Positions 47,043 to 55,789 of a stretch of DNA of 64,000 nucleotides are shown piece by piece; the first letter of the stretch is position 1, and every line of letters begins with the position of its first letter. Source of the stretch: Dehalococcoidia bacterium. GTDB taxonomy: Bacteria > Chloroflexota > Dehalococcoidia > SHYB01. The translations under genes were made by a program, and so were the position numbers. The notes below the pieces were generated by a model that was not told where the DNA came from, ran no database searches, and saw only the letters and a program-made list of their open reading frames with translations. The stretch is taken from the NCBI GenBank assembly GCA_963666265.2, contig CAXXHW010000006.1:572999-636998 (forward strand), read 5' to 3'.

Positions 47043-47966
47043 ATGAGCCCACAGCCGAAGCCGATGACGTTGGACGAGTTTCACGTGATATTCGAACAGG
47101 TCAAGAACTGGGGCCGCTGGGGCGCCGATGACCAGCACGGCACCCTGAATCTCATCACGCCGGAGAAGCGGCGCCAGGCCGCCAGCCTGGTCCAGGAGGG
47201 TGTTACCGTCAGCGCAGCCCTGCCGCTGGCGACGGAGCCTGGTCCATGGAATCACGCCCCCGTCGTCCACCTGATGGTGCAAGCCGGCGACATGGAGGAG
47301 GCCCATAGCTCCTCAGACTACTTCGCCATCGCCCCTCACGGGCTCTTTCATACGCATCTGGACGCCCTTTGCCACTATTTCTACCGACGCGAGATGTACA
47401 ACGGTCGGCCCGCCTCCATGGCTACTTCCAGGGGCGCTACCGTCAACTCCATCGAGACAGCTCAGGACGGGATCGTAAGCAGGGGTGTATTGCTGGATAT
47501 TCCGCGGCTGAAGGGAATCGAATGGCTGGAGCCTCGGGAGGCCATCTACCCGGCTGACCTGGAGGCGGCAGAGGAGGCGGCCAACGTCCGTGTGGAAGAG
47601 GGGGATATTCTCCTGGTGCGTACCGGGCGGCACCGTCGTCTTGAGCATGTGAAAGATTGGGGTCTTATGGATGGGTTGGCGGGCCTGGACGTGTCTTGCG
47701 GCCCCTGGCTGCACCAGCGTGGGGTCGCTGTTCTCGGCTCAGACGGGGTCAGTGATGTCTTTCCTTCCCCCCTGGAAAGCGGCCGGCTTCCGGTGCACCT
47801 CCTCGCCCTCCCCGCCATGGGCATGCTCCTCATAGACAACTGCCAATTCGAGCCCTTGGGTGACGCCTGCGCTCAGCGAGAACGGTGGGAGTTCCTGCTG
47901 ACCATCGCACCCCTCAAACTCCTCCGGGGGACCGCCTCCCCCGTGAACCCCATCGCGGTCTTCTGA
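47043..47966 (+). CDS. Cyclase family protein, copy 2 (tandem paralog)
   Basis: NWGRWGADDQHGTLNLIT, PHGLFHTHLDALCHYFY, LLVRTGR. It is collinear with copy 1 along its whole length. Confidence 0.85.
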   Translation: MSPQPKPMTLDEFHVIFEQVKNWGRWGADDQHGTLNLITPEKRRQAASLVQEGVTVSAALPLATEPGPWNHAPVVHLMVQAGDMEEAHSSSDYFAIAPHGLFHTHLDALCHYFYRREMYNGRPASMATSRGATVNSIETAQDGIVSRGVLLDIPRLKGIEWLEPREAIYPADLEAAEEAANVRVEEGDILLVRTGRHRRLEHVKDWGLMDGLAGLDVSCGPWLHQRGVAVLGSDGVSDVFPSPLESGRLPVHLLALPAMGMLLIDNCQFEPLGDACAQRERWEFLLTIAPLKLLRGTASPVNPIAVF

Positions 47967-48031
47967 TAGGCCATATTCAAATTCAATCACCTACCGATTT
48001 TGGGGCTTATGGAAACGCTTTGCTAGCCATC

Positions 48032-48174
48032 ATTCCTAAATCCCCTCTCCCTTGATGCCCGCCCTGAGCGTAGTCGAAGGGGGAGAGGTCCCGATAAGGA
48101 ATCGGGACTCGCGACAAAGTCGGAGGCTAGGGTGAGGGTGAAAACCAATCTGGCATGTCGATATTTGGAATAGC
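48032..48174 (+). mobile_element. MITE-like single (A-type) copy of the hairpin repeat, flanked by an 11-nt direct repeat
   Basis: TGCTAGCCATC occurs at 48021..48031 and 48175..48185. The element ends are ATTCCTAAAT and ATTTGGAATAGC, an imperfect TIR. The interior is nearly identical to the units at 50581..50688. Confidence 0.6.
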
Positions 48175-48250
48175 TGCTAGCCATCCCTTGCGCCTCCCGT
48201 TATAATCCAACCAGGTACACGAGTTTAGGAGACGAGGAAAGGAGGCTCCC

Positions 48251-48811
48251 ATGGTAGTTGAGGCGACGAAGCCAGTCCTGACAGTCCTCGACCCCACCGC
48301 GCCACCCCTTCCCATCGACGCCCGCATGGCCGGGCGCCCGGAAAGCCTTAACGGCAAGGTGCTTGGATTGCTGGACAATCACAAACGCAACGCATCCGAC
48401 CTGCTGGACAAGGTCCAGGACCTGCTGTCCGAGCGCTACGAGTTCGCCAAAGTGGTACGACGCTCCAAGATGGACGTCAGCCGTCCGTGCCCAGAAGAGA
48501 TCGTGGACGATCTGGCCGCCCAGTGCGACGTGGTGATAACCGCGATAGGAGATTGAGGTTCCTGTTCGTCGAGCAGTTTGCTCGACGGGATCACCTTCGA
48601 GAAGCGTGGGATTCCAGCCGCCGTTCTCTGCACCGAGCCTTTCATTCCCACGGCCAAGAGCATGGCTCGTATCCAGGGCATAGCCGACTACCCCTTCGTC
48701 GCCCTCCCCCATCCCCTGGGAAGGCTGACCGAGGAGCAGGTCGAGGACCGGGCGAAAAAGGCCTTGCCGGAGGTTATCGAGCTACTCCTGGGAAACGGAC
48801 ACTCCTCTTAA
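48251..48811 (+). CDS. UGSC-motif selenoprotein candidate (186 aa; in-frame UGA at 48554..48556 read as Sec)
   Basis: Track ORFs 48251..48556 and 48578..48811 share one frame and are separated only by TGA. The sequence reads ..VVITAIGD-U-GSCSSSSLLDGITFEKRG... The RBS AGGAAAGGAGG before 48251 is strong, while the TTG at 48578 has none. A hairpin starts 11 nt after the UGA. Confidence 0.75.
48567..48587 (+). promoter_or_regulatory. Bacterial SECIS-like stem-loop
   Basis: 9-bp perfect stem CGTCGAGCA / TGCTCGACG with an apical GUU (or AGUUU) loop. The first stem base is 11 nt downstream of the UGA. Confidence 0.55.
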
Positions 48812-48843
48812 CACAGACACCGTCTTAAGAACGGTAACCAGAT

Positions 48844-48875
48844 GAAAGAGGCTGACCATCAGGTCAGCCTCTTTC
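48844..48875. terminator. Bidirectional hairpin terminator between the UGSC gene and comB
   Basis: 14-bp perfect stem GAAAGAGGCTGACC / GGTCAGCCTCTTTC, loop ATCA, followed by TTTCG. The comB stop codon lies inside the stem. Confidence 0.65.
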
Positions 48876-49589
48876 TTTCGCGCGTATCTCCCCATCAATG
48901 AGGCGAGGCACCACGTCCAGCAAACCGACCTGAGCACAATAGGCCAGGTCCGAGCCCAGCCCTATTCGCGCCAGGGCCTGCCCGGAGGCCGACTCCCGCA
49001 GGGCCTGCTCTATCCGCCCTCGGTAACCACGGTAGGCCATGTGGGCCAGATGCGCCTCCGAAGTTAGGGCAGCCTCCCCGCTTTCCAGCAAACCGTCGAC
49101 GAACATGCCGGCGCAGACCACGTCATCCAGCACCGGTGCGTCTTGGCGGCCCGCCGGAGCAAGCAGCACGTCGTGCCCCTCGCCGGCCAGATAGCGCACG
49201 ATGACCGGGAGGTTCAGAAAGGCGCCGGCCAGCGTCTCCCGAGCGTCGCGGCTGGCCTCCAACGCCCTGGTGCCATTGGTGGTGGTGAGCACGACCGTCC
49301 GGCCGGCTACGGCCTCGCGGTGATATTCCTCCGGAGAGTTGCCCAGATCGAATCCGGCTATTTTTAGCCCGCCACGCTCTCCGCCAAGAAGCGGCGCATC
49401 TCCCTTATGGGCCCGCTTGTACGCTCGGGCAGCAGCGATGCTGGCAACCGGCACTACCGTCCGGCAGCCACTGGCGACGGCCTGTGCGATGGTGGATGTG
49501 GCCCGCACTGCGTCGATGACTACCACGGTCCATGCCGATAAATCCCGGCGTTTCAGGGCACGGGTATGTGGTACTACATGCACTCTCAT
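48864..49589 (-). CDS. comB: 2-phosphosulfolactate phosphatase family protein (ComB-like)
   Basis: VVIDAVRATSTI, GGERGGLKIAGFDLGNSP, TTTNGTRAL. The start is at MRVHVV (49589). The track extension to 49751 runs through a repeat hairpin. Confidence 0.85.
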   Translation of the reverse strand: MRVHVVPHTRALKRRDLSAWTVVVIDAVRATSTIAQAVASGCRTVVPVASIAAARAYKRAHKGDAPLLGGERGGLKIAGFDLGNSPEEYHREAVAGRTVVLTTTNGTRALEASRDARETLAGAFLNLPVIVRYLAGEGHDVLLAPAGRQDAPVLDDVVCAGMFVDGLLESGEAALTSEAHLAHMAYRGYRGRIEQALRESASGQALARIGLGSDLAYCAQVGLLDVVPRLIDGEIRAKERG

Positions 49590-49623
49590 GACCGGAGCTA
49601 TCCTACCATGGGTCCCTAGGAGA

Positions 49624-49726
49624 GTCCGCAGATTACGCAGATAGCACAGATGGGGAAGGCAGGGGAGATGAAGAATATCCTCTTCCTTTCCATCCCCCCA
49701 ATCTGCATAATCTGTGCGATCTGCGG
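49624..49726. repeat. Long imperfect palindrome built from 9-nt periodic (G/A)CAGAT units
   Basis: The left arm is tccGCAGATtacGCAGATagcACAGATgggg. The right arm is ccccccaATCTGCataATCTGTgcgATCTGCgga. Together they enclose a second imperfect hairpin. The structure sits in the divergent region between comB and the hydrolase. Confidence 0.5.
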
Positions 49727-49801
49727 ATGGTCCACGGATGGGCTTTGACACCCGCGGCGCCGCGCCGATATAGTTTCTGCCAGCACCGCGGGAGGCTCAC
49801 C

Positions 49802-50566
49802 TTGCCCACAGCCAGGGTCAACGGCATAGATCTGTACTACGAAATGGAGGGCGAGGGCCCGGCCGTCGTGTTCTGTCACGGAGTGGGCGGCAACCACCTG
49901 AGCTGGTGGCAGCAGGTCCCCGAGTTCTCTCGCCAGTTCCTGTGCATCACCTTCGACCACCGGGGCTTCGCCCTCTCTCCCAATACATCGGACGGGGTCG
50001 GGGCCGAGGCATTTGCCACCGACCTGGCGGAGCTCCTTGATCACTTGAACGTCCAAGAGGCCTTCCTGGTCGGGCAGTCGATGGGTGGACGAACGGTCCT
50101 GAACTTCGCCAAGCGCTTCCCCCAACGGACCAAGGCCTTCGTCATGGCGGGGAGCGTCGCCAATATCCGGACGCCGGAGCTGGACGTGATGCGGCGCGAA
50201 ACCAGCGCCGCGCTGCCAGACCGCTTGGAAGCGGCGCTGGCGAGCCGCGTATGGGAGGAGCGCCCCCATATCGGATACCTCTATAAGCTAGTCCGGCAGC
50301 GCAACCCTGATAGGCCCCGGCACTTCCTCTGGCGCGACAACCAGCCCGGGACCGTTCCAGAGGAGCTGGCTGAGATGATGACGCCTGTCCTGCTTCTCGT
50401 AGGGGAAGGGGACCGGATCTGTCCGCCCCACCAGGTGGAGGCGGTCTACCGGCTCTTTCCCAACGCCACCTTGCGCAAGGTGCCCCAGGCCGGCCACTCG
50501 GTCTATTTCGAGCAGCCGGAGGTCTTCAACCCCACGGTAATCGAGTTCTTCCGGCAGTACCCCTAG
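49802..50566 (+). CDS. Alpha/beta hydrolase
   Basis: VVFCHGVGGNH (oxyanion region), nucleophile elbow GQSMGG, C-terminal GHSVYFEQPE. I prefer the TTG start at 49802 (GGGAGG 6 nt upstream). The maximal ORF starts at 49727. Confidence 0.85.
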   Translation: MPTARVNGIDLYYEMEGEGPAVVFCHGVGGNHLSWWQQVPEFSRQFLCITFDHRGFALSPNTSDGVGAEAFATDLAELLDHLNVQEAFLVGQSMGGRTVLNFAKRFPQRTKAFVMAGSVANIRTPELDVMRRETSAALPDRLEAALASRVWEERPHIGYLYKLVRQRNPDRPRHFLWRDNQPGTVPEELAEMMTPVLLLVGEGDRICPPHQVEAVYRLFPNATLRKVPQAGHSVYFEQPEVFNPTVIEFFRQYP

Positions 50567-50569
50567 AGG

Positions 50570-51070
50570 CTATTCCAAAATCCCCTCTCCCTTGATGCCC
50601 GCCCTGAGCGTAGTCGAAGGGGGAGAGGTCCCGATAAGGAATCGGGACTCGCGACAAAGTCGGAGGCTGGGGTGAGGGTGAACAAACGTCCCTTCTCCCT
50701 TGATGGGAAAGGGCTAGGGTGAGGGTGAACAAACGTCCCCTCTCCCTTGATGGGAAAGGGCTAGGGTGAGGGTGAACAAACGTCCCCTCTCCCTTGATGG
50801 GAGAGGGCTAGGGTGAGGGTGAACAAACGTCCCCTCTCCCTTGATGCCCGCCCTGAGCGTAGTCGAAGGGGGGAGAGGTCCCGATAAGGAATCGGGACTC
50901 GCGACAAGTCGGAGGCTAGGGTGAGGGTGAACAAACGTCCCCTCTCCCTTGATGCCCGCCCTGAGCGTAGTCGAAGGGAGGAGAGGTCCCGATAAGGAAT
51001 CGGGACTCGCGACAAAGTCGGAGGCTAGGGTGAGGGTGAAACCAATCTGGCATGTCATTTTTTGGAATAG
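50570..51070 (+). repeat. 501-nt array of six head-to-tail hairpin-repeat units (A 108 nt, B 47 nt, order A-B-B-B-A-A) bounded by 11-bp terminal inverted repeats
   Basis: Units run 50581-50688 (A), 50689-50735, 50736-50782 and 50783-50829 (B), 50830-50937 (A), and 50938-51070 (A plus tail). TIR CTATTCCAAAA is at 50570..50580 and TTTTGGAATAG at 51060..51070. There are no unique spacers. Confidence 0.85.
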
Positions 51071-51121
51071 CTTCTGGCAGGGTGTCCCCTGAAAAGAGCT
51101 CAAGATGTCAACCTGAGCGAA

Positions 51122-51170
51122 GCTTCGGTAGTGTCTCAGTTTGAAATTCAAACTGAGACACTACCGAAGC
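51122..51170. terminator. Perfect 24-bp-stem palindrome between convergent genes
   Basis: GCTTCGGTAGTGTCTCAGTTTGAA-a-TTCAAACTGAGACACTACCGAAGC. It is followed at 51188..51233 by a diverged variant of the hairpin repeat (CCCTTCCTCCTTGAAGGGGGGAAGGTTAGGATGGGGGTGAA). Confidence 0.5.
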
Positions 51171-51312
51171 CGAGGGTCTGGGGATGATTCCCTTCCTCCT
51201 TGAAGGGGGGAAGGTTAGGATGGGGGTGAAGGCAAGCCCTACCCCAGATTCTTCGTCGCTTGAAGCCTCCTGCTAAAGCAAAGCACGCCGCCCTGAAGGG
51301 TCCGGGCCGCCG

Positions 51313-52251
51313 TTACTCCCGGCCCCGGCCCAAGTAGGCGATTATTGCGTCCTCCGAGGAGTACCGGAAAGAGAATCCTGTCTCTTTTTTCAGGCGCTCG
51401 TTGCTAGCCACCCACGGATAGGTGATAAAGTCGAGGCCGGCTGAAGTGGAGCCGCCCTGGAGGCGACATGCCCACGTCACGTCCATGATTGTTGCCAGTG
51501 TCGAGCGGGGAAGAGCGAGCATGGGCCGCCTGGCCAGACGAGCGACCTCTGAATACCGAAGAACTCCATCCCCCGCCACGTTGAACACTCCGGCCAACCG
51601 CGTTTCCAGCGCCCCCACCATCAAATCGATCACGTCCTCTTCGTGCACATACTGTACCTGGGGGTCAAATCCTCCAACCCGAAGCATGATCGGTTGAAAC
51701 AGCCTGCTGCCAATAGAGCTGTCGGCCTGAGGCCCTAAGACGACGCAGCCCCGGAGCAGCGTGACCCCAAACCCATTTCCCGCCGCGGCATAGCCGGCGA
51801 CCATCCGATCGGTCTCCGCCTTCTCTTTCGAGTACTGAAACCGAAGGTTGGGGCGCAGGGGAGAGTCCTCCGTCAACAGCGCCGGATTGTCCGGATGGGC
51901 GCCGTAAGCGGACGTGCTCCCGAAATACAGAATGTGCTGCACGCCTGCTCTTTCGCAGGCTTCGATAAAATGCACCGTCCCTTGCACGTTGACCTGCCGC
52001 ACCCGCCTATGGCCCCGTGCGGGCCTCACAACGAAGGCCAGATGCACGGCGGCGTCCACGCCCTCGCGGGCGAAGAGATCAGTAAAGGGGGTAGATACAT
52101 CTCGGAGGAAGAAGCGAAGCTTTTTGGAAGAGACCTTGGTGGGCCGGTTGTCGATTCCAATAATTGACTCGACCTCGGGATGAGCATCAAGCCGGTTGAG
52201 GAGTAGGCCTCCGACGTAGCCGGAAACGCCTGTTATAGCGATACGTCGCAT
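51313..52251 (-). CDS. NAD-dependent epimerase/dehydratase family (extended SDR) protein
   Basis: IAITGVSGYVGG Rossmann motif and YSKEKAE catalytic YxxxK. Confidence 0.85.
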   Translation of the reverse strand: MRRIAITGVSGYVGGLLLNRLDAHPEVESIIGIDNRPTKVSSKKLRFFLRDVSTPFTDLFAREGVDAAVHLAFVVRPARGHRRVRQVNVQGTVHFIEACERAGVQHILYFGSTSAYGAHPDNPALLTEDSPLRPNLRFQYSKEKAETDRMVAGYAAAGNGFGVTLLRGCVVLGPQADSSIGSRLFQPIMLRVGGFDPQVQYVHEEDVIDLMVGALETRLAGVFNVAGDGVLRYSEVARLARRPMLALPRSTLATIMDVTWACRLQGGSTSAGLDFITYPWVASNERLKKETGFSFRYSSEDAIIAYLGRGRE

Positions 52252-52335
52252 CTGTCTGTCCTAGCTAACCAAGTGTACCAGGCTGCTCGGTCCTCCGACC
52301 ACCCTTCCGGACGCCAATCGGGTCCCGTAATACCA

Positions 52336-54198
52336 CTATGTGTCCAGCCAGACCCGCTCCAGATCGTAGACGTTGCTTTGCCGGCCCACCGGGACCGGGA
52401 AGTCACGCACCCACTCTCGTATGAGACCCACGGGGGTAAATGAGGTTGCTTCCGGTATCACGTGGGCCGAGTCCAAGAACCTGCGCTGAAATTCCCAGAC
52501 GATGTCCCGTCTCTTCGCAGGATCCACCTCTTGGCGTTGCCGGGCAAATAGGGCGTCAAGCTCAGGGACCTCAAACCCGTGCTTCCAGGGCCCTCCTCCC
52601 GTAGTGAAGACCTTCAGGGTCTCGCTGGGTTCCAGCGTAGCCGGGTAAATCGATGAGACAACCGCCTCGAACCGGCCCTCGCCCATCAATTGAAAGACCG
52701 TGGCGGGGTCTCGTAAGTCGACAGGGAGCCGGACACCCAAGTACTCCGAGAGGGTCCCGCTGAGAATCACGGAGTGTGCTTCATATCGGCCTGACACCGT
52801 CAGGGAGATCTTGGGGAACTCCCCCCTGTCCGGGTCGAGGCCGGCCTCCCGGAGCAGCCGCTTCCCAAGCTCAATGTCCCCAGGGTCCTTCCGGTAGACG
52901 TCTGAGAGGCCGGCCTGGAGCTTGAACATGTCTGTTTCAAGCTCACCCGTCTCTCGGTGGACGTAGCGCCAGCCGGGATGACTCAGGACCTCCGCTGTCG
53001 GCAGACCCCACAGATTTCCGCTGCTGGCGGGAGTCACGCCGGCGCCGTCGATCGCGCCGAACCCAGTGAAGTCGATCTCGACGACCGCCAGCCTGTCGGT
53101 CAAGATACTGAGCGCCTGTATGACTAATGGGTTGTTAAAAGGGGGAATGTTCTTGACCCCCCATCCGACGCTCACGACGAACAGCTTTTGCACAAAGGCG
53201 CCCGGCATCCGCCTTTTGATCTCCCCCTCCTCTCCAAGCACTGTCGAGACCCAGTTGGCATTGAGCACATCAATCTGGCCTAACAGAATCGATGCGAAGG
53301 CCCGGTTCCCGTCGGAGACTATCAAGTTCTCCACCCCGTCCAGGTAGGGCAGCCGACCTCCCTGGTCGTCGCGGACCCAATAGTTAGGATTTCTCTCGAA
53401 CTCGAATTTGATATCCGCTTCGACATCGCTGAAGCGGTACGGGCCGGAGCCGATTGGGTCCCCGGCTGATTGCTCCAGCGTTCTATGGGCCGGTCTTATC
53501 GGCACGTCCGGGTCCGCCAGGAGGACCAGTATCGATACATCCGGGATGCTGAGAACTATCGACACCGTGTCCCTGTCCACGATCTCTACGTGTTCTATGG
53601 TCCTTCCAACACTGCGGGCGGCCCCATTGACGGTAAAGTCCTGGGGAGGATCAGCATAGTGGTCCAGGGAGAACTTCACATCCTCCGCGGTAACCGGGAG
53701 GCCGTCGGCCCAACGGGCGGTTGGCTCTACATGGACGCTGAGGCTTCGGGCGTCGTCGGTGAACTGCCATTCATCCGCGAGAAGGCCGGTAAAGACATTG
53801 TCGTTATACGGATCATGTTTGAACAGCGTCTGAAAGATGAGCCGGCTCGCCACGGGATGGGCGGTGCCAAGGTCCGTGTTCCGGATGCCGGTCTGAAAGG
53901 ATTCCCTGGCGGTAGGACGGTCCCCCTGTTTGAGCACGCCGCCTCGCTTGACCGGGCCGGATGGTTCCTTAGCGATGGGTGTCGGCGTCGGAGCGGGGGA
54001 CGGCGTAGCCATCCCTGGCACGATAGTCTCCTCCACCGGACGGGAGGGCTGGGCGGTAGGCACTGGGTCGCCGCTACTGCACGCCACGACGATGAGGGGA
54101 ATGACCAACATCAAGGAGGCAGGAAAAAACGCAGAGCGCCGAGCCCGCGCTATAAGAGCATATCCCAACGTCACTCCGGAGTGCGGCTTCCGGCTCAT
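52336..54198 (-). CDS. ABC transporter substrate-binding lipoprotein, family 5, with a Pro-rich linker (paralog of 19557..21410)
   Basis: The start is at MSRKPHSG, followed by the signal peptide and lipobox LIVVACSSG, a PSPAPTPTP linker, and a body collinear with the other SBP (KRGGVLKQGD against QRGGVLVQGD; RPAHRTLEQSA in both). The track extension to 54468 overlaps glyA. Confidence 0.85.
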   Translation of the reverse strand: MSRKPHSGVTLGYALIARARRSAFFPASLMLVIPLIVVACSSGDPVPTAQPSRPVEETIVPGMATPSPAPTPTPIAKEPSGPVKRGGVLKQGDRPTARESFQTGIRNTDLGTAHPVASRLIFQTLFKHDPYNDNVFTGLLADEWQFTDDARSLSVHVEPTARWADGLPVTAEDVKFSLDHYADPPQDFTVNGAARSVGRTIEHVEIVDRDTVSIVLSIPDVSILVLLADPDVPIRPAHRTLEQSAGDPIGSGPYRFSDVEADIKFEFERNPNYWVRDDQGGRLPYLDGVENLIVSDGNRAFASILLGQIDVLNANWVSTVLGEEGEIKRRMPGAFVQKLFVVSVGWGVKNIPPFNNPLVIQALSILTDRLAVVEIDFTGFGAIDGAGVTPASSGNLWGLPTAEVLSHPGWRYVHRETGELETDMFKLQAGLSDVYRKDPGDIELGKRLLREAGLDPDRGEFPKISLTVSGRYEAHSVILSGTLSEYLGVRLPVDLRDPATVFQLMGEGRFEAVVSSIYPATLEPSETLKVFTTGGGPWKHGFEVPELDALFARQRQEVDPAKRRDIVWEFQRRFLDSAHVIPEATSFTPVGLIREWVRDFPVPVGRQSNVYDLERVWLDT

Positions 54199-54438
54199 GG
54201 CGGCAGGATACTTGCCGCCTCGGACACGTGTCAATGAAACGCTGCCTCCGACACCCCTCTTAGAATGCTTGCCGATGGTAAGCCAGCCCCACCGCCATGC
54301 ATCAAAATGAGCAATCCTCATTGACAACGACGCAGCGCCTTGGCTACACTGTTGACGGCGGGTACGCCACAGTGACCTTGGGAGCCACCCAGCGTGTCTG
54401 CGTGGCTCTTTTTCGTAGGCGGGGGAGAGACCCAAAGT

Positions 54439-55695
54439 ATGGCTAATATACCGACCAGTTTGGCGCAACTAGACCCGGAGATAGCCGGGGCGATTGCTCA
54501 GGAAGAAGAACGTCAGCGACGGAACATTGTCCTCATCGCCTCGGAAAACTATGCCAGCAAGGCTGTGCTGGAGGCTACGGGGTCCCCCCTCACCAACAAG
54601 TATGCCGAAGGTTATCCTGGCAAGCGGTACTACGGCGGCTGCGAGTTTGTAGACGTCGGGGAGCAACTGGCCATCGATCGCGCCAAGCGTCTGTTTGGTG
54701 CCGATCACGCCAACGTCCAGCCCCACAGCGGCGCCCAGGCCAACATGGGCGTCTACCTGGGGCTTCTGGACTATGGCGATACAGTGCTCGGTATGCGGTT
54801 GGACCAGGGCGGCCACCTGACCCACGGCAGCCCCGTGAATTTCTCCGGTAGGCTCTACAACTTCGTGTCCTACGGCGTCGACCGGGAAACGGAGCAATTG
54901 GACTATGAGGAGGTCCACCGGCTGGCCAAAGAACACCGGCCGAAGCTCATCGTAGCGGGCGCCACGGCATACCCCCGGCAGATCGACTACGCTCGATTCC
55001 GGGCCATCGCCGACGATGCCGGCTCGATGTTTATGGCGGATATCGCCCACCCTGCGGGCATTATCGCGGCGGGGCTGCTTCCCTCTCCGGTGACCCACGC
55101 TCACGTGGTTACCTCCTCCACCCACAAGACCCTGCGAGGCCCGCGCGGCGGCCTGATTCTCTCAACTGGAGACATGGCGGCGGCCGTGGACCGGGGGGTC
55201 TTTCCCAGGGCCCAGGGCGGGCCGTTGATGCACGTCATCGCTGCCAAGGCCGTGGGGTTCGGGGAGGCGCTGAAGCCGGCCTTCGCCGAATACCAGAGCG
55301 CCGTCCTTGAGAATGCGCGGACTCTGGCGGAAGAACTTCAGCGCCAAGGACTGCGTATTGTTTCAGGAGGGACCGACACACACCTGGTCCTGATAGACCT
55401 GAGCACGATCGGAGTCACAGGGCAGCAGGCGGAGGAGGCGCTGGAATCGGTGAGCATCACGGCGAACAAGAACGCGATTCCTTTCGATACAAAACCGCCG
55501 AGGGTCACCAGCGGACTACGGCTGGGAACACCCGCGGTGACCAGCAGGGGATTCAGCCAGGATGAAATGCGCACCGTAGCGGCCCTTATCGCCACATGCG
55601 TCACCCATATCCAGGACAAAGGGGTTCTCGACCGGGTCCGGAACGAGGCGAGAGAGATGGCGGGAAGCCACCCCGTGCCAGGACTCGACGGTTAG
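54439..55695 (+). CDS. glyA: Serine hydroxymethyltransferase
   Basis: [25 protein letters not shown], and the [17 protein letters not shown]-lysine motif. RBS GGGGGAGAG. Confidence 0.95.
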   Translation: MANIPTSLAQLDPEIAGAIAQEEERQRRNIVLIASENYASKAVLEATGSPLTNKYAEGYPGKRYYGGCEFVDVGEQLAIDRAKRLFGADHANVQPHSGAQANMGVYLGLLDYGDTVLGMRLDQGGHLTHGSPVNFSGRLYNFVSYGVDRETEQLDYEEVHRLAKEHRPKLIVAGATAYPRQIDYARFRAIADDAGSMFMADIAHPAGIIAAGLLPSPVTHAHVVTSSTHKTLRGPRGGLILSTGDMAAAVDRGVFPRAQGGPLMHVIAAKAVGFGEALKPAFAEYQSAVLENARTLAEELQRQGLRIVSGGTDTHLVLIDLSTIGVTGQQAEEALESVSITANKNAIPFDTKPPRVTSGLRLGTPAVTSRGFSQDEMRTVAALIATCVTHIQDKGVLDRVRNEAREMAGSHPVPGLDG

Positions 55696-55789
55696 AACGC
55701 TCCGTGCCATAACCCCGTTGTCGCCGGAAGGGCACATGCTATAATGTTGGGTGCTTCGCACCACGGTGAGTACAAGGAGAACCGACGTT

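Noticed and set aside
48578-48811. Treating the 77-aa ORF as an independent gene starting at the TTG at 48578.
   Set aside because: No RBS lies upstream, and the TTG sits inside the SECIS-like hairpin. The ORF is in frame with and contiguous to the upstream ORF through a single UGA, so a read-through selenoprotein explains it better.
50570-51070. Possible CRISPR array.
   Set aside because: The repeat units abut directly with no unique spacers. Unit lengths are 47 and 108 nt rather than a fixed 28-37 nt repeat. No cas genes are present in the window.
50714-51151. ORFs translating the repeat array into PLSHQGRGD / TLTLALSHQG-type peptides (50526..50732, 50714..51151, 50761..51015; also 39719..39983 and 62826..63017).
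   Set aside because: They are read-throughs of the hairpin repeats on the minus strand. The periodic peptide is a by-product of the DNA repeat.
54199-54468. The upstream extension of the SBP ORF (to 54468) overlapping the glyA start, and likewise the 60033..60368 extension of the GNAT ORF over folE and the 5162..5431 extension over the Zn-ribbon ORF.
   Set aside because: These extensions precede the recognisable signal peptide or domain start. They overlap strongly supported genes or better candidates and lack RBS support.
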